From: Oculina patagonica
Taxonomy: Eukaryota
DNA: 64,000 nt
Direction: 5' to 3'
Assembly: GCF_052425735.1 (NCBI RefSeq)
Contig: NC_135759.1
Span: 35,154,001 to 35,218,000, forward strand
The notes under the pieces are model-generated. The model worked only from the letters and a program-made list of their open reading frames with translations. It did no database searches and was not told where the DNA came from. This document shows positions 1-11,365 of this stretch, piece after piece (positions within the stretch are counted from its first letter, which is position 1; each line of letters opens with the position of its first letter). Position numbers and translations under genes: made by a program.

Positions 1-3000
1 ATGATTGAAATTGAGAAGTCGCGGCCATCCTCTCCAGTAACCGAGGACCAGAGAAATGTACCCGTGAGCATCGGAGAGGCCGTGCGAAATTATATTGAGT
101 CTGGGCAAGAGCCTCAAGTTCGCGATAGATCCGCGCGAAGCCGTCGCGGTTCAGAAACTGGTGCCCAGGAAAAAGAGAGTGAAAAGAAAGCTTCTGAAAA
201 GTCAAGCACCTCAAGTATGGAGGGAGAACCGAGATTACGACCTAAACCCGAAGCTGCTAAAACTACAGTGAACAGACAAGCTAAACCTGCGCCGTCTAGT
301 TTAAGCGAAAAGCCTAAAGGGTCATCGGCTGGTAAGAACAAAGCTGATTCGAAACCTGCTCTGCCAGGATTGAGCTTAGTAAAAAGCGATGAGAAGAACA
401 AAGAGGTAAAAGAGCCGACGGATGAAGAAAGGGAAGCCCGCCGTCAAATGGTCAGCAGTTTATTTTCCAAACGCGAAGCACCAAAAGACGGCAAGCTGGA
501 GCTAGAGGGGATTGGTAAAGAGGGCGAGGATAGCGAGTCGACTTCAGGGGGACTGGTCACTAGAACGAGTCCTCCAGTAGCTGAGAAAAAGAATGACTTG
601 TCGGATCTGGCGGCGCTGGTTTCTAAGAACAAGACACCAAGTAAACCTAAAGATAAGGTACGTAAGTCTTTCTATGACGTCACAGTTTTTCTCAGAAGTA
701 TAGTAACTATACAAAGCATTTGGAAGTTATTTTTTGCTAAAGATGAAAATTTGCACATGTACTAGGGGAAATGGAGTATAAAGGCCCGGTAATACGGGCA
801 ACATTTTTGTTCAACTTGTCTCGCAACATTGTTGCATTGCAAGTTGAACGAGTTGTTGCCCGTATTACTACCGCGCGCTCAACTTGTCTCGCAACAAATG
901 TCGGTGTTGCAAGTTGCAGCAACATGTTGCACAAAGTAGAACCGACTTCTACTTTCTGATTGTGCAAAAATTTTTTTCAACTTGCAACACCGAAATTTTT
1001 TGCGAGACAAGTTGAGCGCGCGGTAGTCATACGGGCGACAACTCGTTCAACTTGCAATGCAACAATGTTGCGAGACAAGTTGAACAAAAATGTTGCCCGT
1101 ATTACCGGGCCTTAATGCTGATAATAATAATGAACTGTCCTGCCAATGCACTTTTACTCATGCCGGCGTAATTAAGAGCTCATGCGCGATAGGTTACAAT
1201 GCGACTACTCCAACCGGAGCACTTAAAAGAAAGTTGACCAATCAAAACGTTAATTGTGTACAATGGATGGTTACTACCAGTAACGTTGAAGAATACGTAC
1301 AAACAAGTAGTTCAGCAACAAAACTTAAAAATCCAACAAAGTTACAGAAGGTGCAGACTTCTCGGGAAAGTTTGTAATTTTTTGATTGGTTAGTTTCGAT
1401 CCTAAATTTTGAACGGTTGTCAACAATTTCGGTTTTGCAGTCACAATACAAGTTTTCAAGTTAATTTTTTCTAGTAAAATAAATAATTATTATCCTTTCT
1501 GCCGAGGGTCGGATCTGTAGAGTGCGTACAATATAGCGGAGTCGATCGTATGCTAATTGAGGTAAAACAGAAAAAACAAATTGTTGTTGAGCAGTTTTCT
1601 GAATGCTCCAACGCCTTTGGTCTGTTTACGTAAAGGATAACAATCCATTGTTCTCGATTATCGTTTTGATTGGTCAACTTTCTTCCAAGTGTCTGGCTCA
1701 GGCAGCCGCACTGTCAGTTGCAGTATCTTCTGCAACTTCTTCTTCTTCTGCTTCTGTCCACAAGGTTGACGCTTTGCTTGAAAGGAGGAGACTTATTTCG
1801 ATGATTGATGATTATTGAATATGTTCCTACATTAGAAGAGAATCGTGTCATTATTGTAGTTAACTGGAAAGGATATCCACCCCTATTGTGAAAACATCTT
1901 TATGAGTAATTAAGAGCAGAGTGTGGTGAATTAGAAATTAAAGCGGTTTATTTCTATAATTGCAGAAAGCTGATTTGAAAAAGAAACCCGGCAAACCACC
2001 CAAATCTTCAAAGAAGAAAGACGAATCTCCTATAGACCCGGAAAACATAGATTTTGATGCATTCAACACGCCCGAAATGTTAGAGGGGATGGACGATGAA
2101 CTACGACAGTTCATTCAGGAGCAGAGTAAAAGTGACGTCACTTCCGCCACTGTCAATCAACCGAGTGATGGTGCTGTTGCAAATGAAACAATCAAAAGAC
2201 AAGAGTCTGTGCAAACCATAGAAATGCCGCAGGTCGCCCGTGAAGTTCCACCAGAGAAAAAAGATGCACACGCGCCGTCTAAACCCAAGAAATTGTCCAA
2301 GAAGGAGCTGGCGAAACTAAGAGCAGATCAACGAAAAGAGGAAAGGAAAAGAAAGGAAGAAGAGAAGAGAATAAGAGAGGAAGAGATGCGCTTGATGAAG
2401 GAGCGCGAAGAAGAGGCAGCCAGAGCTAAGGCAGAGGCGGAAGAGAAGCAGAGAAACATTGAAGAAGAGAAGATGAAAAGGGTGGAGGAGGAGGAAGAAG
2501 CCAAAAAACACGAACAAGAAGCGCTGGAGAAACTGAAGGAAGCCAAGAAAAAGGCACGCGAAGAGCGAGAATCGCGGAGAGCGGCTGAAGCCGAGCGAAG
2601 AAGGCTTGAGGTACAAAAGAAACGTGAAGAGAAGAAGAAGCGAGAAGAGGAGTTAAGAGAGCGAGAGAAAGAACTTGAACAACAGCGAATGAATCGCGAG
2701 AAAAGAATGGCCGAAATTGAGGAAGCGAGGCGGCGGAAGGAAGAACTTGAGCGCCTTGAAGAGGATCAAAGACTGGAGGAAGAACGTCTCCTGGCGCTTC
2801 AGGAAGAGGAGGAAGAACGACGGCTGGAGGAGGAGAAGATACGCGAAGCAGAAGAAGAGTTGCGCAGGATACAAGAAGAGCGAGAGTATCGCGAGCAGAT
2901 GAGGCGGATAGCTGAAATGCAGGAGGCAAAGCTAAGGCAGGAAGAGGAGGAAAGGCTGAGGCGAGAAGAAGAAGAGCGCCAGCGGGCTGAGGAAGAAATG

Positions 3001-3330
3001 CGCAAACGGGAAGAAGCCGAGCAGGAACGACTTCGCGAGGAACAGAAACGCATTGAAATGGCACGCCGGTTGGAAGCTTTAGCGCGCATGCGTTCTGCTC
3101 AAGCGGCCGCCAGGAGGAAGGCGTTGTTGTTGAAACGAAGGGAAGATAACATGGAAAGAATGACGAGTTTAAAGCACACACGTTGCGGACAACACATTAC
3201 CCGAGCCTTTGTATTCACATACTATACGCACATACCGAGAAAGGTGTGGGAAGTACCAATTGGTTTCAACAAGAAAAAGAAAGGTTTTGGAATGCCAAGG
3301 AGAAAACCAGCCCCACCTAAACCTCCTTGA
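1..3330 (+). CDS. E/R/K-rich helical (trichohyalin-like, possibly KIAA2012-like) protein; exons 1-657 and 1966-3330, probably 5'-incomplete
   Basis: Donor AAG|GTACGT after 657 and acceptor TTGCAG|AAA before 1966 are both phase 0. They join a disordered S/K/E-rich ORF to a 455-codon exon with a long E/R/K tract and a C-terminal ITRAFVFTYY motif. The family assignment is tentative. Confidence 0.75.
782..1112. mobile_element. PIF/Harbinger-type palindromic MITE
   Basis: Long terminal inverted arms AGGCCCGGTAATACGGGCAACATTTTTGTTCAAC... / ...GTTGAACAAAAATGTTGCCCGTATTACCGGGCCT, flanked by TAA on both sides (779-781, 1113-1115). Confidence 0.85.
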
Positions 3331-4497
3331 TAAGAAAAAGCAAGCCTTTGGCTTTTAGGCTTTGAGAGTTGACTTGCAGCAAAGGTAATTAATAACGCCC
3401 AGTATCACGGAAATTAGACCAAATCGTGGACTCAATTTACAAAATCGCTTTAGCATTTGAAAATCAGTCTGTAGATCAAATGCAGAAGACCCTGGAGACG
3501 AGATAACTACTACATAGTATTTTCTAAGATTAAACAAAAAGTTTTGAGGTCTTTGAAAGATTAATACGCCATCCAGGGATGACCAACCAGCTAGTTGTAG
3601 GTTTTTTTTTCCATGGGTGATCAGTTTTATTTATGCCTGTTCACAGTGTGAACGGCTATGTATTTTTTAAAGTTCCTTAGCGGGCCAGTTTTCTATTAAC
3701 GGTATTTATTCCCGTGATGTTTTGGTTATTTAATAAGGGGGACTATAATTTTCCAAGTATTAAGTTAGAGAAATCGTACAGTTTTAAGATCCAAAATCAA
3801 TACTTTGTAAAAATACGTGCTTCGAAATTTACCTTCAATTGCTTTAAACTGTTTGAAGTTTAGCCGAAGTCAAGGAATCTTTTAATCTGTTCAATGTAAA
3901 AAAAAAGGCCAGAGCCCAGAAGAATGTTTCGAGCGTTGAAAAACTCTAGGAAAAAGGGTTTTTTTGAATGAGTTACAGCAAAACAGGATCGATCGAGATA
4001 CTTTAATTCGGAAGGTTCAAGATATAGATTATTGTAAAAAGAATGTAAAATAATATAATTGGGTAGATTCATATAGGTTCATTTCGTCTTATTTATTTTT
4101 TGATAGATTTTAGATTTCTTAGTTTCAAATGATGTGAACAAACTATTTAATATTATCTCCTAATTTGTTAATGTAGAAGAAAAGAATATATTTTTAGAAT
4201 TAAGCTTACAGAAGAGAATAACTTGAAAATAGGTTTTGCAAATTAAAAAAAATATGACATCATGAATGTGGAGAAATAATTAGTTGCGTGTTAAGGTGTG
4301 TGTGGTATAGTCTGCGTTAAGTAAACCTTTCCCTTTTGCTTCATGCCCCAACTTCGATCCCTGAAAAGTGGCAAAGCAATTGACACAGGTCATGCATCGC
4401 TCGCATGCTCTCGGGAGAGATGGGCCAAGGGTCGGTCTAGGGACAATTGTCTGTCCATGCTGGTAGCTTGTAGCTCAAACTGATAAAACCAGTTTGG

Positions 4498-4674
4498 TTG
4501 CAAGGCTGGTACTACGGCTGAAGAGCCAAATTTATTGGCCAATATTTTAACCAGCAGAGCTATTCGTCTTTAGGAAAATAACGGCTCTAAAATTGGCCCT
4601 GAAGAAGAACAGCTCTGCTAGTCGAAATATTGGCCGATAAATTTTGCCCTTCAGTCGTTGTACCAGCCTTGCAA
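4498..4674. mobile_element. Imperfect palindromic element whose arms resemble a Penelope-type minimal hammerhead motif
   Basis: TTGCAAGGCTGGTAC...GTACCAGCCTTGCAA arms. The right arm contains ATTGGCC-CTGAAGA-A-stem-GAAA-TATT-GGCCGAT (4592-4638). Confidence 0.55.
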
Positions 4675-4920
4675 TTATTCTGATTTTATTTACACTTGGA
4701 GTGACGACTGGTACGAGCATTTCGTAAACAAGAGATCCGTCCGGCAACAGACAAGCTAAGTCGTTTTATTCATCGTTGTGTGGTCCCCTGCATCCAAACT
4801 GTTTTTGTAGCTAGTAACTGGTGTCACCGCTGTTGGTTTTATTTTGTGAAAGTGAGTATTTTTCAGTCAAATTATAGCGCCCAAGATAGGATTAGACTTT
4901 TAGTTTGAATCAACGAGTTC

Positions 4921-4979
4921 TCCTGCAGTTGTTTACCGTCCGGTTCGTTGATATCAAACACGGCTATTGCAGCTCCATC
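4921..4979 (-). pseudogene. Inverted 59-bp fragment of SDR1 exon 1
   Basis: Reverse complement of 5400-5458 with one mismatch. Confidence 0.9.
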
Positions 4980-5051
4980 GTCAGCAATCACGTGACAAAG
5001 AGGGAGGGGCTTTACCTCTTTTAATTTATTATTCCAGTTCTGGTTTTCTCT

Positions 5052-5150
5052 CTGTCACGCCGATTCTACGCTCTCGGGACTGTCGGGAGAGATCGAGAAA
5101 GGATCCCGCTTAGATACGTACCCTCCCGAGAGCGTAGCGTTGCGTGACAG
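5052..5150. repeat. Short imperfect palindrome (MITE-like) upstream of SDR1
   Basis: CTGTCACGC..CTACGCTCTCGGGA / TCCCGAGAGCGTAG..GCGTGACAG arms. Confidence 0.6.
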
Positions 5151-5276
5151 AAAATGGGCCAGAACTTGCGTGCGAAGCATGACGTGACCGGTGTCATTTG
5201 TCGCGCGTCACGATACGGATAACGAGAGTGACACTTGAGAACAAAGCAGTCAAAGTTGTAGTGAACCCCGTCAGGA

Positions 5277-8200
5277 ATGGCTCAATCAAACCCTCCGCTT
5301 GACTCGCAGTACACGAAAGGTCGATTTGCTAACAAGGTGTCCATTATAACTGGTGGATCATCGGGGATCGGACGAGCTACTGTTAAAAGATTTGTCAATG
5401 ATGGAGCTGCAGTAGCCGTGTTTGATATCAACGAACCGGACGGTAAACAACTGCAGGATGAACTTACAGCTTGTGGATACCATGGCAAGTTCTACAAAGT
5501 GGATGTGGCAGATAAAGAGCAGTGTGTACAAGGAGTTAAGAAAGTTGCTGAAGATCATGAGGGAAAAATACATTTTCTGGTGAACAACGCAGCCATCGGC
5601 GCGCCTTGTAAGGGTGAGTATGACCTGACCCGGGTTTTTAGCAAGTCAGTTAATTTACCGGTATTTTGAAATTCTCTTGTTCCTATTAAAACTCGACTAT
5701 TCGCACAACAAATCTAAGCCAATTTCAAAAGCATCGACTATTCATTCAAAGAGCTGGTTTATAGACTCTTTATACGGTTCCCGAATACGACGAATACGGA
5801 ATACACCGCAGCTATGAAACTCCAGTGGGTGTGCATGTGATTCATATTAAGTGTCACGTGAAGTCACGCAATGAGGAGACCGACGGATTTATCCTTTATA
5901 CATAATTTTCTGCGTTAATTCTGAAGACCAGCGGGAAATAATATAATGGAGAGACTGATAGATTTCTACGCTAGATTTGAAAGGTGGGCACCGGGATTGA
6001 AAACGACCTGACTGAAAAAAAAAATGGTTCTTTGAACGGGCCTCAAGGGAACCTAAATGGTCCCTTCCCTGTAGCCGCTACTAAATTTCCCCCAATTTTG
6101 TCCTTTTTAAGCGATGACGTCAGGAAATCGCTTATTGCCATCGCAAGACCGACCCGATCTTTTTGTCTGTTTCGGTCGAACAGAAATCAAGTTAAACTTA
6201 ATAACAAGAAATCGCCGCATAGAACACAAAAGCAAAATACTCCCGTGCAGTTAGAATGGAACACTACAATGTATAAACGAAAGAGACTAATTACATATGA
6301 TGGGATCTATTAGAATTAGTAGACAGAAATTTCTAACTCTTATAATAATAAGGGCCGCCGTGGGCAAGAGACCGTTTGACCTCTCTCGCAGCTTAAAAGC
6401 TAGCTCCCGCGTATCGTATGTCGTTTATCGGAAGTCACACACTACAATATAACGCAATCTACTGTTGTTCAATTGAGCAAATCTACGAAGAAAATGTATT
6501 ATTAACTTTGCATCCTTGACCTGCCTACTGTTAATTCTGTATTTATTTGAATTCCATCATATCCTAACTTAATGCTATTTAGACAATCACCAACATTGCT
6601 TCTTTGGTTTAAAAAATGTACACTGCAATTGGATAACAGTCTTTTTCCCGCCCTCAATCCCGTCATCGCTTCTGCATGCACTGCATGCCGTTTATTAAGC
6701 GATGACGTCAGGAAATCGCTTATTGCCATCGCAAGACCGACCCGATCTTTTTGTCTTTTTGTCTGTTTCGGTCGAACAGAAATCAAGTTTAACTTGATAA
6801 CAAGAAATCGCCGCATAGAACACAAAAGCAAAATACTCCCGTGCAGTTAGAATGGAACACTACAATGTATAAACGAAAGAGACTAATTACATATGATGGG
6901 ATCTATTAGAATTAGTAGACAGAAATTTCTAACATTTATAATTTTAAGGGCCGTCGTGAACAAGAGACCGTTTGACCTTTCTCGCAGCTTTTAAAGCTAG
7001 CTCCCGCGTATCGTATGTCGTTTATCGGAAGTCACACACTACAATATAACGCAATCTACTGTTGTTCAATTGAGCAAATCTACGAAGAAAATGTATTATT
7101 AACTTTGCATCCTTGGCCTGCCTACTGTTAATTCTGTATTTATTTGAATTCCATAATATCCTAACTATGCTATTTAGACAATCACGAACATTGCTTCTTA
7201 GGTTTAAAAAATGTACACTGCAATTGGATAACAGTCTTTATCCCGTCCTCAATTATGTTAGACCCTTTGTGAAACGTCATCGCTTCTGCATGCACTGCAT
7301 GCCGTTTTTTCCCTAATGAGACAGCCCGCTTGCGGGCTACGTACCCCATAGTTAGCTATTGCCTCTAATCCAACCTGGCCCTGGGTCCTTTAAAGATTTT
7401 TCTATATTCGGGAAGAGAAACGTCGAGACACACTTTGGAAAGACAAAATGCACGCACTTGAGAACAGGGCAAAGAAAGGAAAGGAGACAATGTTAAAAAT
7501 GGTGAAACGAAACTGGAAATATTTTTTCCAGTTACAGCTTTTTTTGCTGACGCGTTTTATAATATTCTCAGGTAGTGCATTTAAACATTTTAGATTTTAG
7601 ATTAACTGCAGACAGTACTGTTTCGGCCTTCTGGGCCTCATCAGTGCAGTGCTGATGCTAGGATGGAGGTTAAGCTGTATTGTATTGTATTGTATTGTAT
7701 TGTATTGTATTGTATTGTATTGTATTGTATTGTATTGTATTGTATTGTATTGTATTGTAAAAGGGTTTAAGTGAATTTTAGACGCGCCCCTTTTGACAGT
7801 ATTTGGAGATCTGAATAGAAGTAATAAGAGCTTACCATCTACTACCTTTTCACAGGTTTGGATTCTTCAAAGGCAGACTGGGATAGAGTTTTGGGAATAA
7901 ATCTCATTGGTTATTCCAACATGGTGCAAGCCTGTTACCCATTTATGACTAAAGGTAACTCGGTGGCCACGTGTTTGTATTTTTGTGTCAATATAGTGTT
8001 GTGGAAGAGTAATAGCCTGTGTAACGCGCAGATCGACGTTTTCCCTTTCGAGAACGAGACAACATCATATTGACAAGGAGAAACCTCATTTGCATTCACT
8101 TTCAACACACATTTACATAAGTTACTACTGTCTCGCGTCCTGAGCTTTACGCGGCACCTCTCATGCTCTCGGCAAGGAAACGACGGCTGTGCAGGCTAGA

Positions 8201-9691
8201 AGTTTCAAACTTGAACTTACTCAAGTTGGTTGATTGACCAATAAACGCTACTGCTCTCGGCAAATTACTGTTTTCGATTTCCGTTTTAAACTTCTCAAAT
8301 TTTGATCTTTCGCACTCTTCTGCAGTTTCCTTGTATTTCGCTACTGTTTTCCTGTCATTTTTGATTTAACGCGAATTAAAGGTTCAACATGTTCCGCTGC
8401 TTATTTGCCAAACTAAGTGGAGAAGGGATACTCCATCTTTTTTCCTTAAATTTTTTACTTGAATAAACCCCGACCAACGAACTAACCGTTCAGTTGGTCT
8501 GTTCGATATACTTGGAAAGACCCTCATATGGCAGTTTTCCCTACTCTTTTCTATGCTCCAATTCGTGCAATACCTACACTTTTCTTAGGCCACTATAGGG
8601 GTACTCCCCCCCCCCCCCACCTCCCAGCATAAATGATTTTAGTTTACTGTCTTTTGGTTTTGCAGCAGAACCCTGGGACTGCGCTGTCGTTAACATAAGT
8701 AGTGTCCAGGCCCATCGTGCTCAACCTTTCTTTTCAGCGGGCTGGACATATCAGGCAAGTAAAGGAGGTGTGACAACAATGACCAAGTGTATGGCCCTGG
8801 ATTTATCAGCTCATGGAATCAGAGTAAACTCCATTAGTCCGGGATATACCTGGACTGAACTGGTAAGCCTTATATCTTGCTTGTTTTCATTAAAAACTAC
8901 GACAGCCTGTCAACAATTAAATTTATCTTAATCCTTCTCGAAAGTTCAACAAGTTCAAAACTGCATTAGAATCTTGTTGTATTATTAAAACGTAAATACG
9001 ACAGTTAGTCAGACAGTCTGTCGGTTAGACAGCCAGTCAGTCATTCAGTTAGTCAGTTAGTCAGTCAACCGGTCAGTCAGTTAGTCAGTTAGTCCGCGGA
9101 CAGTCAGTCGGACAGTCAGACTGTCTGTCTGTCTTACTGTCTTTCATTTATCTGTGAGTCAGTCAGTCAATCCGTCAGAGAGTTAGTCAGTCAGTCAGTC
9201 GGTCGGTCAGTCAGTCAGTCAGTCGGCAGTCAGTCAGTCAGTCAGTCAGTCAGTCAGTCGGTCATTAAACTTGTGACGTGGTTTGTTAGTTCATTTTTTT
9301 TAAAAATAAACTACAATAAAGTCTTAACACGCGATCATGCATTTTTAATTATTAAATTGGATCTTTGTGGTGAGACTTACAATTTCAAAACTTGGTTACC
9401 AAATAAGTAGTCATAAGTAGCATTTCCAGTGCTTGTGGTATTTTTGGTTGGCATTTCAGAAATAATCTTGAAATATGTTATTTGCAGACAGGTAAAATAC
9501 TAGGCGAAAGCCGGGAGAGCTATGAGCCAAACGTTTCCAAGCGACAGATGATCGGGCGTTTCTGTGAGGCTGAAGAGGTAGCAGCAGCCATTGCCTTCCT
9601 ATGCAGCAAAGATGCTTCAGCTATAACTGGCACAGACTTGCCAGTCGATGGAGGGTTATTAGCTTTAGGTCCCGAGGGAACTGGACAGTAA
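5277..9691 (+). CDS. Classical short-chain dehydrogenase/reductase (SDR1), ~278 aa; exons 5277-5613, 7856-7954, 8666-8862, 9488-9691
   Basis: TGGSSGIG cofactor motif, acidic VFDIN (NAD-preferring), NNAA, VNISS, YQASK (YxxxK), IRVNSISPG and ITGTDLPVDGG. GT-AG introns have consistent phases 1,1,0. Confidence 0.93.
6104..6693 (+). mobile_element. Non-autonomous Helentron/DINE-1-like (HINE) element, tandem copy 1
   Basis: T-run, subterminal inverted repeat AAGCGATGACG (6109-6119) / CGTCATCGCTT (6661-6671), 3' stem-loop GCATGCA-C-TGCATGC, then TTT. Confidence 0.65.
6695..7310 (+). mobile_element. Non-autonomous Helentron/DINE-1-like (HINE) element, tandem copy 2
   Basis: Head-to-tail diverged repeat of 6104-6693 with the same subTIRs (6697-6707, 7275-7285) and the same 3' hairpin. 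Confidence 0.65.
7605..7650 (-). ncRNA. Type I hammerhead ribozyme
   Basis: Minus strand reads ACTGCA-CTGATGA-GGCC-CAGAA-GGCC-GAAAC-AGTACT-GTC-TGCAGT: 6-bp stem I, intact CUGAUGA and GAAA core, 4-bp stem II, short palindromic stem III, GUC cleavage triplet. Confidence 0.92.
7676..7758 (+). repeat. (TGTAT)n microsatellite, ~16 units
   Basis: Direct reading; ~14 units in copy B (34536-34608). Confidence 0.98.
9002..9264 (+). repeat. Degenerate (GTCA)n tetranucleotide tract in SDR1 intron 3
   Basis: Direct reading; a homologous (GACT)n tract lies in the paralogue at ~13638-13752. Confidence 0.9.
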
Positions 9692-10329
9692 AAAAGGATT
9701 CACAATGACATAGAGCTGAAAGTCAGGCCGGAAACTTCTGCTTTGAGACAGATTATATTAAAAAGTATCTGTACAGACCTGACGTTAAATGTAAACTAAC
9801 AGTCGTTTCTGAGCAATTTCTTAACCCAATTTTAATACTAGCATGCCGCTTATACCCCTAGAAATCGTTTATTCCGAACTTGATTCCAAAAAATGCACGA
9901 GATTCATATCTCGTGAAGCTAGAACCTTTTGAACCACTCGGAATTAACGTACATGATGAGTGTTATTTTATCATTTTGTAATTTTATCATCTTCTCTTAT
10001 GGGAAATATTTCCCTGGTACGTCAATAATAAATACAGTATCCAGTAAGTACGACTTTTTCTTGTTGATATGAACTACGCAGTAATCATCGATTGCTAATC
10101 TCGTAGTAGTTTGATTCCATTTAAAATCGCGTGTAAAACAGTGATGGGAATTGCTTTGGCTGATTGCGAGAAAAAGGGTTTGATGAGCGTGCATTCATTT
10201 TTTTTGGTCTATGCCTGCAAAAGTGATAATTTGGAAACCGCTCTATGAATTTTTTTTAAAATTGGACAATCTCGAGATTCATCATCAATTGATATGGCTC
10301 GCAAGTTTCAAGGTCATTAAAACCATGTT

Positions 10330-10735
10330 AGGCCATCCCAATAAAACGTTTCGGTTTCCCATCGCCCCGTGTCTTGTGATGGTGGGTCGGTCGGTCGGGC
10401 AAAAAAAAAAGAATGAACACTTAAAGGGATCTGGGTTTATTTAAGAAGCCAGGAGATGCAGAACCGAAAGATTTTGTTTCAGTTGATCTCGCTGAAAATG
10501 TTGGAACAATCGTTAATGCCCTTGGCACGAAACAGCCTTTGAAAAACTTAGTATCGATGTTAATTAAGGTTAGGAACATCACATCATAACAATTGTTGTT
10601 AATAAAACAAGATCGTGTGCTTGTAACTTCAACTACTTGCCTCTTTGACTAGTGAATCTGGAATTTTTTTTTACATTTCGAAAAAAAAAGGGTCGGTCGT
10701 GCGATGGGAAACGAAACATTTTATTGAGATGGCCT
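10330..10735. mobile_element. MITE (Harbinger-like ends)
   Basis: TIRs AGGCCATCCCAATAAAACGTTTCGGTTTCCCATCGC / GCGATGGGAAACGAAACATTTTATTGAGATGGCCT in a TTA/TAA context. Confidence 0.75.
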
Positions 10736-10930
10736 AAGGCAATAAAATTGGGCCTCCAATGTTTCCAAGTGAGTGTCCTCATTATTCACGGCTATTGTTT
10801 CAGCTTTTATATCCACGTCCGATGCCTTACACTTCCTTTACAAACAATATAAACTTTACCTTTTAAACACCCAATTCTACTTTTCTGCATAATTTGTTTG
10901 TATTTTGCAAATAGCTTATTTACGATTGAT

Positions 10931-11142
10931 TCCATCCTCGGAGACCCAGAGGCAGTTAGCGGGGGCGAGGGAAACGCTAAACTTCGAGAAAAAAAGTTCG
11001 GCATAGAAAAGTTGGAGTGAATGAAAGGTGCCCCTGGGGAAAGAGTTTTTACCAGGCCAGTTCCAAACAGCTTTCTGAATACTGCCTCCTGATTGGGCAG
11101 AAAAGTTCTTTGTATTCCCTTTGTATTATTCTGCCCTATCGG
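10931..11142 (+). repeat. Dispersed repeat, homologous to 58056-58297 (inverted)
   Basis: Shared CATCCTCGGAGACCCA..GGCAGTTAG and CTGAATACTGCCTCCTGATTGGGCAGAAAA..CTTTGTATTATTCTGCCC blocks. Confidence 0.8.
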
Positions 11143-11365
11143 CGGCCTGCAGGTCTGCAGTCCATTTTACTCAGGCGATTGCAGGCTTTTCCCGCTCTTT
11201 TCTTTCTTCTCTCTCTCCTCTATATTATCCCCAAGCGGGAGAGACTATTCGCTGGCTATCGGTCAAATCTGAAGCTACATGCTGTACGTCAAAATTCTCG
11301 GGAATTAATTCTTTTTCATTTAAATCAACTGCCCAGAAGTTTAGCCGGTGAGCCTCTCTGGGTGA

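Noticed and set aside
2317-3181. Several minus-strand and alternative-frame ORFs (up to 251 aa) over the E/R/K exon
   Set aside because: Shadow ORFs caused by GAA/GAG/AGA-rich coding sequence; low-complexity S/L/F translations.
6104-9264. CRISPR-like array
   Set aside because: The repeats are a 600-bp tandem pair and microsatellites; there is no repeat-spacer structure, no cas genes, and the context is eukaryotic.
5277-9691. Bacterial contamination or recent HGT for the FabG-like SDR
   Set aside because: Spliceosomal introns and embedding among animal genes; ancient HGT cannot be assessed without a phylogeny.
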